From Candidatus Iainarchaeum sp. (lineage in GTDB: Archaea; Iainarchaeota; Iainarchaeia; Iainarchaeales; CSSED10-239), in contig CALBUD010000036.1 in assembly GCA_937968065.1 (NCBI GenBank), forward strand, positions 1 through 13,022: DNA of 13,022 nt, given 5' to 3'. Position 1 is the first letter of the stretch, and the number at the start of each line of letters is the position of its first letter. This document shows, piece after piece, positions 6,901-13,022 of the stretch. The notes below the pieces were generated by a model, which was given only the letters and a program-made list of their open reading frames with translations, did no database searches and had not been told where the DNA came from. A program made the position numbers and the translations under genes.

Positions 6901-9900
6901 CTTTGTATTAATTAAAGGAAAATTATTTAAAATATTTGTAATCATTCTTGGTTCTGAATAATTTGCAATTTCAAAAAAACCTTCTGGTTTAAACAAAGTA
7001 TATTTTTTAAGAAGATATCCTCTTTGAGCATCTATATTTAATAAAGAATAATTAGTATCTTCAACAGATATATGATTATAAATATTATTTATATTTCCTG
7101 GAGAACTATCAAGAGAAGAGGTATATCCATAACTTAAATATTTAAGATTATTATTTGTGTTGCTTGAAGTTTGTAGAATATTTCCTGTTCTTGAATCTGA
7201 TTTTAGATAAATATATTCTAAATCATATTTATATGTAGAATTAATATCTATCTTATGTCCATCTAAAAAAGAAGGAAGCACACTGTTATTTATATCTTTT
7301 ATCTTAGTATTATAAATATAATCTGAGTTACTAAACGGTATTTGGTATTTATTTGTTTTAGCATAAAAATATCCTTCAGGATAGAATGGTATCTGGTTCC
7401 AAGAAGTTGGAAGTTCAGGATCATAACTATAGGTGCTTCCATAAATAACACTTAAAGCTCTATAATTAATAATATAATTTTCAATTGGTGCTATTGGTGT
7501 TTCTTTAAACTTAATGTTTAATGAAAATTCAATTATTTGTGGTTTTAATTCTCTAAAATCAATTTCTAACCATTTATAATTATTAAGATTATAATCTAAA
7601 GATTTATCTAAATTATAATTATTTTGGAAAAGAGTTGTATTAAAATCAGGAACATGCTCTCCTGAAAATCTATATCCTCTTTTAACCTCTATATCTTGTG
7701 ATAAAATATCTTCTGAAACAAAAGAAACTGAATCTTCATTTATGAAAATTTTATTTCCAGCTCTAATATGTGCTAACTTTATTTCTGAGTCTTTAAGACA
7801 AGAGATGTATTTTAATTTTATTCTATATTCTTTAGATAAACCATTTTCAATAAAATCAATATTATTAACTACAAAGGAACCTGTTTTATCAAACAAACCA
7901 AGAACTTCTATTTTTCCATCACTACAAGAGGTTAAAGATAATAAAGTTATTTCTTTAAAGATTTCAACTCCAGAAACTAAATTAATAAGTTCTGTTTGAT
8001 AAGTTGTATAACCATCAGCAGAAATAACAGCATAAACTTTATTTATGTTCTCTCCAGTGAAGGTATATTGTTTATTATTATCTACATCAACTGTTACATA
8101 TTCATTTATTTGTAAATGTTGAGAAGTATAAAAATTAATATCATATGAGATGTTAGGATTTACTTTTAGATTTAATGTTTTAGGAATATCTAAAAGATTT
8201 ACATCTAATTTTAAGAAAGAATTAACATCAAGTCTTTCAATTTCTGAAACACCTTGTTTATCAAGAACAGAATGTATTGCATAAGCATAATATTCTCTAT
8301 TTGCTCTTTGCATTGTAAAATTAACATCTCCAAATTGATTTGTATATTTAGGTTCTTGATTTACTAAAACAAAATCATCTTCAAATTCTCTATAAAGATA
8401 CACTCTTGCACTATTTACATTAATCTCTTGATTTTTAACATTTACACCAATAACTCCAGAATTAAGTTCTGAAGAATATTCAAGATAAACAATTATGTTT
8501 TTATCAATTCCATCAACTAAAACTGGATCTGGTTGAAGATAACCGTTTTCTTCAGTATTAAGAACTCTTACTCTATAAGTATAAAAGTCTAAAACATCAA
8601 AGATTGCATGACTTTTATTTCTTAAAACACTGCCAAGAGAAGAATAACTTTCATTTGAATCTTTTAATTTATATTCTAAAGTAATATCTGCAAAAACAGG
8701 TTCTTCAGTTTCACTATCTAATAAAGTAACATCAATATATCCTGGAATACCAATACTACAAGAACCATCTTCATTAAAATGAAGGAATGGTTTTAAATGT
8801 TGGTTTGAACAATCGATTTGGTTATTTATACAAAATGGTTTATATCTATCTTGAGAACAATCAAAGTCAAGTAAATCATCAATTGTGAATAATATAAATT
8901 CTACATTTGTTGTGTTATCTTTAACAACAGAAAAAGGTCCTTTTCTTGGATAGGTTAGATAACCTTCTTTTGCTGCTGTTACAAGATATTGTTTAGGTTC
9001 TAGATTAAATTGATTAACACCATAAATATCTGTTGTTGTAGAATCAAATGGTAATAATGGTGTTGATTGAGAATAATTATAAACTGTTAATTGTGCATTT
9101 GAAAGAGGATTATTTGAAATGTTTTTAACACTAATCCCTAAGGTTCCTTTATCATTATTTATTCTTATTAAAACTATTTTATTATTTTCTGGAACTACTT
9201 GATTTGTTATAGAATTAAATTGTGTAGAGGTTACAGAAACTCTTAAAGAACCACATCCTGCAGGAGTTTTAACTAAAACTTTTCCTGTAGATACCAAGGT
9301 TGTTCTAGGTTCTGGTTGTTTTTCTGTATTTGTACATGAAAAGGTTGTGTTTAATGTAACATTATTTATTAAAATATCATTGTTTTCAACAAAAATAATA
9401 TCTCTTTCTTGTGCTGGGTTTACTGGTATTATTGGATTTTCAGTATCAATGGTTAAAGTTATAATATGTCTTAAATTATTTTTATTTAATTTAAATTCAT
9501 ATTCTTTTGTGTTATAATGTTCTTTTGAAACAATTAATTTTACATTTTGTTTTCTAGATTTTAAATCTCTAAAAATAACTTCACCAAAAATATTTGTTTC
9601 AAGAGAAGAAACTTCTTTATCTTTTATTTGTAAACTTACAAGAGCTTCACTTACTGGTGTGTTCGATTGATCATAAACTTCAACTGATATTGTCCAAGTT
9701 TTTGAAAAAGATAAAGTTCCTGAGATTATAAGGTATAATAATAATACAAGTAATATTAAAAACAAAATAAAACTTGGAAATTTTTTATCAATTTTATCTG
9801 TAAGTTTATTTATTGGTAAAATTTTACTAATACCATCTACACAACTATAATAAATATCTTCAAAAAAGAAATAAATCATTCTAAAAAAATCTTTTATTTT

Positions 9901-10308
9901 TGTTAAAAAACCGACTTTAGAAACTGAGGTTAGATTTTTCTTTTTTTCTTCTTTCTTTAAAGGTTCTTCTTTTTTTATAGGTTCTTCTTTTTTTTCTTCT
10001 TTCTTTAAAGGTGCTTCTTTCTTTTCATCTACAGAAATTTTTTCTTTTTTATTTTTAATAGAGTATGATAATTCTTTTAAGATTTGTTCTTTTGAAAGTT
10101 CAGTTGTATTTTTCTTTAAAGTATCTTTTAAAGGTAACTTATTATCTTGTATCATCTTTACAACTAAAGAAGTTACTTTTTGATTATATCCTTGAGATAA
10201 AACAGCATCTTTAATCTCATCTATTGTATATTTTTGTGTTTTATTAGATAGAAGATCATATAATTTTTCTGCATCTATTTTATCTTTTGATTTTTTAAAT
10301 AATGACAT
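3961..10308 (-). CDS. giant (2115 aa) single-pass membrane-anchored surface protein with repeated beta-sandwich-like modules, unknown function
   Basis: An uninterrupted 6348-nt ORF in a genome where stop triplets are very frequent. The N-terminal 176 aa or so are Lys/Glu-rich and predicted cytoplasmic. A single hydrophobic span FPSFILFLILLVLLLYLIISG (aa 177-197, nt 9718-9780) is preceded by DKIDKK, which fits positive-inside topology. The remaining 1900 aa or so form an Asn/Ser/Thr-rich ectodomain. It contains at least five carboxypeptidase-regulatory-like/PEGA-like patterns, for example ISVEVYDQSNTPVSEALVSL...IFGEVIFRDL...VKLIVSKEHY, GISVKNISNNPLSNAQLTVY...YLVTAAKEGY, GVNVKNQEINVNSARVYLY...FGDVNF and FKVLDDFGSPVNDVSIKY...TNQQGILNV. 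I see no catalytic motif. Confidence 0.9.
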   Translation of the reverse strand: MSLFKKSKDKIDAEKLYDLLSNKTQKYTIDEIKDAVLSQGYNQKVTSLVVKMIQDNKLPLKDTLKKNTTELSKEQILKELSYSIKNKKEKISVDEKKEAPLKKEEKKEEPIKKEEPLKKEEKKKNLTSVSKVGFLTKIKDFFRMIYFFFEDIYYSCVDGISKILPINKLTDKIDKKFPSFILFLILLVLLLYLIISGTLSFSKTWTISVEVYDQSNTPVSEALVSLQIKDKEVSSLETNIFGEVIFRDLKSRKQNVKLIVSKEHYNTKEYEFKLNKNNLRHIITLTIDTENPIIPVNPAQERDIIFVENNDILINNVTLNTTFSCTNTEKQPEPRTTLVSTGKVLVKTPAGCGSLRVSVTSTQFNSITNQVVPENNKIVLIRINNDKGTLGISVKNISNNPLSNAQLTVYNYSQSTPLLPFDSTTTDIYGVNQFNLEPKQYLVTAAKEGYLTYPRKGPFSVVKDNTTNVEFILFTIDDLLDFDCSQDRYKPFCINNQIDCSNQHLKPFLHFNEDGSCSIGIPGYIDVTLLDSETEEPVFADITLEYKLKDSNESYSSLGSVLRNKSHAIFDVLDFYTYRVRVLNTEENGYLQPDPVLVDGIDKNIIVYLEYSSELNSGVIGVNVKNQEINVNSARVYLYREFEDDFVLVNQEPKYTNQFGDVNFTMQRANREYYAYAIHSVLDKQGVSEIERLDVNSFLKLDVNLLDIPKTLNLKVNPNISYDINFYTSQHLQINEYVTVDVDNNKQYTFTGENINKVYAVISADGYTTYQTELINLVSGVEIFKEITLLSLTSCSDGKIEVLGLFDKTGSFVVNNIDFIENGLSKEYRIKLKYISCLKDSEIKLAHIRAGNKIFINEDSVSFVSEDILSQDIEVKRGYRFSGEHVPDFNTTLFQNNYNLDKSLDYNLNNYKWLEIDFRELKPQIIEFSLNIKFKETPIAPIENYIINYRALSVIYGSTYSYDPELPTSWNQIPFYPEGYFYAKTNKYQIPFSNSDYIYNTKIKDINNSVLPSFLDGHKIDINSTYKYDLEYIYLKSDSRTGNILQTSSNTNNNLKYLSYGYTSSLDSSPGNINNIYNHISVEDTNYSLLNIDAQRGYLLKKYTLFKPEGFFEIANYSEPRMITNILNNFPLINTKLYAYNSDEKFLIDISPEQIFVGSNNLSFKVLDDFGSPVNDVSIKYQIQGVEDNILLGKTNQQGILNVQELIFNIQDMSKKVTFSFIFDASAGIPGNTIRKEKIINSGFMVPGQPLNFSTYYLKVNDRFVKGEVSKEYEIEKKNTLVPSLENISFIPNEVSYFEVEEINEYLLEENSPIPRSLSSKNTSIFTKIFLSDTLPTEGNLSTKALFRNELKFPSITQMLDVFSNVFAINLGQINYEVSFPSPKKGVFYNQENNNHSLELIKDLNPEIELKYLFSTSTSDIILEEVSFSSLPSFIDSDALEASIINFSNQPLNNLEIILNFKINENFNSYPSQEEIIIIDFKLKKDETVVSLKEIFNIKVFDKDSLVEITENTSNVLTIFCSNTNCDSRKTYNLRNLANNYDVDLLSEVSLNPSQEYLFVDNFSGSTLLSQEFINKTLRYYSNYSSLEETVFSEETNTIFSFNLQGLDKSFEKEKSLSYEIKKIDMDYYESDLENEFCVGVGGTYLGEDIFILGFCEEEEDVCYTGEDALPKVFFNWGEETESWTTKCIGDSLDNMSEKYACDSLQMLISIFHKIQDGSQESFYIKLMNDGISKDLLKDFIDYRENDSLSIYAKFNKPTNQDLFTEQAVIDDNFKISLDSGESVFRPGVYEVKVYGDEDVSYKNDLNDKRIDIRLSFERSIPSSELSVFHYMPLNGRLNNSESLGYGISISSAEGDEISINPSFTLENILKEDPITTLVLTNNNHLGAIKQTINSQGKILDLRKIQDFVQLEYTPSYPIPLYANIGCPLETNFSYNLYLLDNPLDALISGFDSSFLRWDNNISYLTDQLYASSIQGNRFVLETNNINDTNSISAMLYLPIVNDLPIDSVIFKTTGFNNNEYTKIFSKNNLQGTKDITFSSQAHVIGSDLENLKTIKGIFEYIKDEKACIFKSPTNTYVKWVEEEVNFTEEELLEIQENYSQDFICNTINNPIQID
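9933..10026 (-). repeat. in-frame Lys/Glu/Pro low-complexity repeat within the cytoplasmic N-terminus of the giant protein
   Basis: The peptide is EKKEAPLKKEEKKEEPIKKEEPLKKEEKKK. At DNA level the 19-mer ttcttctttctttaaaggt occurs twice (9946-9964 and 9994-10012), 48 nt or 16 codons apart. A degenerate copy lies between them. Confidence 0.6.
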
Positions 10309-10330
10309 ATTTCTTTCTTTTTTTTAATTT

Positions 10331-12769
10331 TTATCTAAAGATTGGTGTGAATGGAAAATTAAAGCTTTTACTTCCATTATCGCTAGTTATTGTTCCATCT
10401 AATCTATAATTTTGATAATAACAATATAATTCTTTATCTGAAAGATTCATTAAAGGATCATAATACCATTCAAGAACCTCTCCTGTTACCTTATACTCAT
10501 AAAGTCCTAATGTTTGGTTATACTCACCAACAATCACTTCTTTATTTTTATATAAAGCATCATATGGAGCAACAACAAAAGGATTTAAAGAAGGAATCTT
10601 TGTAAACTCAGAATTGTTTTTTGAATAAAATATAAATAAATTATTTTGATTTATCTGTCCAGGAAATGTTGAATAAAGAACATAGTCTTTGGAAAATTTA
10701 TATCCTGTGTTATCAGGCATAATATTTATTTCTTTAAGATCATAATAATCACATAATGAACAATTTGGATTATCAGTTAAAGTCTTATTAATGTTTGAAG
10801 GAATTCTATCTTTAAAATCATCTTGGTTTGCAGATTTTATAGTGACTGCTTTAGTGGTATAATTTAGATTTGAAGGAGGTTTTTGTATATAACAAGAATC
10901 TTGAACAAGAATTGAACGATTATCTAAATTTTGTTCTGTATACTCAACATCTGATAGATCTTCAAGACATATATTATAGTTAGAAATACATGCAGAACAT
11001 TCAGGTATTCCATTTAAACATTCTTGATTATAAGAAATACAATCTTCTCCTGAATAAAGAGTACAACAATCTTCACAAACCCCATCATCATCTAAACACT
11101 GATATTTATCATCTTCACATTGTTGTATTTTAGAATCTCTTTCTTTTATATAAGGTAAATTTTCTGTTTTAACTTCTTGTGGAAGATAACTTCCTGTTTG
11201 TAAAGTTTTTATAAATAATTGATTTGAATTAATATTTTCTTTATAAGTAATTAAATTTATTTTCATATCTTTTGTTCTATTTATTAAATAATCAAATCTA
11301 AGATTAAGTGTTTCATTTAAATTTCCATTTGGTTGATCTTGTCCTGTTAATCCTTTATAACCAAAGAAACCATCTTTTACATCTATATTAAAAATATGAT
11401 TATTTTCAAGTAATTTAATATTGATGTCTCCATTATTTATTCCTCCTGCATTTCCACCCTTACCTTTATATCCATCATTTGTGTGTTGGTGTTTACGTCC
11501 TCCGTTCCCACCCTCTCCTGCGTCTAAAGATAAATTAAAAGTCCCATTATTAATTACTTTTGCAATTTGAGAAATATTTATAGAACCGCCATTTCCACCA
11601 AATCCACCATGTACAGTATTTGATGTACCAGAGGCCTTTCCTCTATCTCTTCCAGTATCTCCACCATCTCCTCCATTTCCAGGAGTTAATTTTAGTTCTA
11701 ATTTTGAATTTTTATTATTAATTATAGTATTTACATTAAAAGATAAATTTCCTGCATCTCCACCAAATCCACCATGACCAATATCACCTACATATGGTTT
11801 TGATTTTTTTTGATCAAGTCCTTTCCCACCAGGTCCAGCATTACCAGTAGATAAATTAAAATTTAATTCTTTTAAATTATTTATTTCATCTATAATTATT
11901 TCAACATCTCCAGAGTCTCCTCCTCTTCTACCATCTAAATGACCTGTAGAACCAGGATTTCCAACCTTTCCATTTCCTGTTTTAATATCTAAATTAAAAG
12001 TACCTTCATTTTTTATATTTTCTAATTGTAGTTTAAAATTTTCAGAATGTGCAGTTCCTGGATTCATTAAAACCTCACCAATTGTTGGAAAATCAAAATA
12101 TACATCTTCATAAGTAGTTCCAGAATATTTAAAATCTAAAGTACTATTTTCTTTTATAATCACATCTTTTAATTTAACTTCAACAGTGTTATTTGTTTCT
12201 TTGTTTAAAATTAAAACATCTTCTTTAACATTTAATTCTGTAAAACCTTTTACAACTAAATCTAAACTTAGATCAAATTTTTTATTAAAAGATTCATTAG
12301 TGTTTAAAACAGATAAAGTTATATCTTTTCCATTTGAAATTAAAGAATCAATTCCTTGAATTTTAAATTCTTGTTTTTGTTCTTTTATCTCAAGTTCTAA
12401 ATCAGCTCCAAGCTCTAAATTAATTTTTTTATCAGAACAAGTATTATTAAAAACTAAATCATTACTTTTTTTTATTGAAAGTGGATTAGGATTAGTGTTT
12501 TGAGAAATACAACTATTTACACAACTATTATAACCATCAAAAAAATCAGTTGGACAAGAAGAAACACAAGAATCAAGAGAAGAATAAACATCTGAAGTTT
12601 TTAAAATATAAAAATAACAATCCTCTCCAGAACATCCTTGAAAAATAATTGTTTCTTGTACAGGGGTTCCTCGTAAACTTAAATTACAAGTTTCAAAAGA
12701 AAAAACATATGATTGTATAAATATAATAAATAATATTAAAACAATTGTTAAAATAATTTTTTTTATCAT
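10331..12769 (-). CDS. secreted 812-aa protein with Gly-rich tandem repeats flanked by Cys-rich modules, unknown function
   Basis: The N-terminus is signal-peptide-like: MIKKIILTIVLILFIIFIQSYVFS. There are 8 Cys in aa 28-111. Gly-rich repeats of about 55 aa span aa 246-480. There are 10 Cys in aa 551-601 (QQCEDDKYQCLDDDGVCEDCCTLYSGEDCISYNQECLNGIPECSACISNYNIC). There is no C-terminal hydrophobic anchor; the protein ends FNFPFTPIFR. Its stop codon lies 22 nt upstream of the giant gene start. Confidence 0.9.
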   Translation of the reverse strand: MIKKIILTIVLILFIIFIQSYVFSFETCNLSLRGTPVQETIIFQGCSGEDCYFYILKTSDVYSSLDSCVSSCPTDFFDGYNSCVNSCISQNTNPNPLSIKKSNDLVFNNTCSDKKINLELGADLELEIKEQKQEFKIQGIDSLISNGKDITLSVLNTNESFNKKFDLSLDLVVKGFTELNVKEDVLILNKETNNTVEVKLKDVIIKENSTLDFKYSGTTYEDVYFDFPTIGEVLMNPGTAHSENFKLQLENIKNEGTFNLDIKTGNGKVGNPGSTGHLDGRRGGDSGDVEIIIDEINNLKELNFNLSTGNAGPGGKGLDQKKSKPYVGDIGHGGFGGDAGNLSFNVNTIINNKNSKLELKLTPGNGGDGGDTGRDRGKASGTSNTVHGGFGGNGGSINISQIAKVINNGTFNLSLDAGEGGNGGRKHQHTNDGYKGKGGNAGGINNGDINIKLLENNHIFNIDVKDGFFGYKGLTGQDQPNGNLNETLNLRFDYLINRTKDMKINLITYKENINSNQLFIKTLQTGSYLPQEVKTENLPYIKERDSKIQQCEDDKYQCLDDDGVCEDCCTLYSGEDCISYNQECLNGIPECSACISNYNICLEDLSDVEYTEQNLDNRSILVQDSCYIQKPPSNLNYTTKAVTIKSANQDDFKDRIPSNINKTLTDNPNCSLCDYYDLKEINIMPDNTGYKFSKDYVLYSTFPGQINQNNLFIFYSKNNSEFTKIPSLNPFVVAPYDALYKNKEVIVGEYNQTLGLYEYKVTGEVLEWYYDPLMNLSDKELYCYYQNYRLDGTITSDNGSKSFNFPFTPIFR
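11330..12034 (-). repeat. coding tandem repeats (about 4.5 units of about 50-55 aa) alternating beta-strand-like INN-x-hxhxh segments with Gly-rich loops
   Basis: Units aligned by eye: (1) NEGTFNLDIKTGNGKVGNPGSTGHLDGRRGGDSGDVEIIID; (2) INNLKELNFNLSTGNAGPGGKG...GHGGFGGDAGNLSFNVNT; (3) IINNKNSKLELKLTPGNGGDGGDTG...VHGGFGGNGGSINIS; (4) VINNGTFNLSLDAGEGGNGG...GKGGNAGGINNGDINIK; (5) NNHIFNIDVKDGFFGYKG. The DNA 17-mer ccaccaaatccaccatg, which encodes HGGFGG, occurs at 11595-11611 and 11760-11776. These are exactly 165 nt or 55 codons apart. Confidence 0.7.
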
Positions 12770-12820
12770 ATCACATCTTTTTTTTATAAAATATTTTTTT
12801 AAAATAATTTAATACACTTT

Positions 12821-13022
12821 TCATCTCTCTAAATTAAATAAAATATTTATTCTACTATCTTCATAACCTACTCTATTAAAAATAAATCTAAAACTATTTA
12901 TGCTTGATTGATTAACAGAGGTTGGAGAATTAATAACTGGTTTTATAAAAATAATATTATTTCTAATTTTAAAATCTAAAGTAGATAATACAGAAGAATC
13001 ACTTTCAAAAGTACCCTCTGAA
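12821..13022 (-). CDS. 3' end of an upstream ORF truncated by the window edge (hypothetical protein)
   Basis: A minus-strand frame is open for 66 codons from the window edge (13021) to TGA at 12821-12823. It encodes SEGTFESDSSVLSTLDFKIRNNIIFIKPVINSPTSVNQSSINSFRFIFNRVGYEDSRINILFNLER. This is a long open stretch for such AT-rich DNA. It is on the same strand as, and 51 nt upstream of, the 812-aa gene. The composition (N/S/I-rich) resembles the neighbouring surface proteins. Confidence 0.45.
   Translation of the reverse strand, partial: SEGTFESDSSVLSTLDFKIRNNIIFIKPVINSPTSVNQSSINSFRFIFNRVGYEDSRINILFNLER

Noticed and set aside
7742-7999. 85-aa plus-strand ORF inside the giant gene
   Set aside because: It is fully embedded antisense in a 6.3-kb uninterrupted ORF. 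It has no start context or motif and is expected by chance over this length.
10390-10605. 71-aa plus-strand ORF
   Set aside because: It is antisense to the 3' end of the 812-aa gene and is a shadow ORF.
11330-12034. Interpretation of the Gly-rich repeats as RTX (GGxGxDxUx) Ca-binding nonapeptides, collagen triplets or PE_PGRS-like tracts
   Set aside because: The period is about 55 aa, not 9 or 3. G-x-y triplets run for only about 3 units (GNPGSTGHL). Gly clusters are separated by Asn/Ile beta-like segments. Only a loose compositional resemblance remains.
12783-12790. TTTATAAA box upstream of the 812-aa gene as its promoter
   Set aside because: It is centred only about 17 nt from the ATG, too close for the usual archaeal TATA-to-start distance of about 26 nt. 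Read-through from the upstream ORF or another AT-rich box is more plausible.
1-13022. Search for CRISPR arrays, transposase/integrase genes, IS-type terminal inverted repeats, rRNA, and toxin-antitoxin pairs next to the AbrB-like gene
   Set aside because: I saw no regularly spaced direct repeats, no recombinase-like ORF, no rRNA-like GC-rich stretch, and no PIN/MazF-like ORF adjacent to the AbrB-like gene. The only repeats found are in-frame coding repeats.

Overview
This is a very AT-rich 13-kb window. Every gene I can support lies on the minus strand, and gene spacing is tight. The sequence looks archaeal, which is an inference from four observations: (1) an archaeal/eukaryal-type HisRS with the RYREFYQCD form of motif 2; (2) a tRNA-Arg with anticodon GCG; (3) TTTATAAA boxes about 24-27 nt upstream of start codons; (4) oligo-T tracts after genes. 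Low GC together with a bacterial-type HU gene suggests a small-genome DPANN-like archaeon. I cannot confirm this without a database search.

The right-to-left (transcription) order is:
- the partial 3' end of an upstream ORF
- an 812-aa secreted protein with about 55-aa Gly-rich repeats and Cys-rich modules
- a 2115-aa giant protein anchored in the membrane by a single hydrophobic span near its N-terminus
- two tiny polytopic membrane proteins
- tRNA-Arg(GCG)
- HU
- a frameshift-split AbrB/SpoVT-like gene
- tRNA-His(GTG)
- hisS
- a 254-aa hypothetical protein with a weak kinase-like motif pattern

The most interesting content is the unrecognisable surface-protein cluster at 3209-12769, which possibly extends past the window edge. 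I saw no CRISPR array, transposase, integrase or rRNA.
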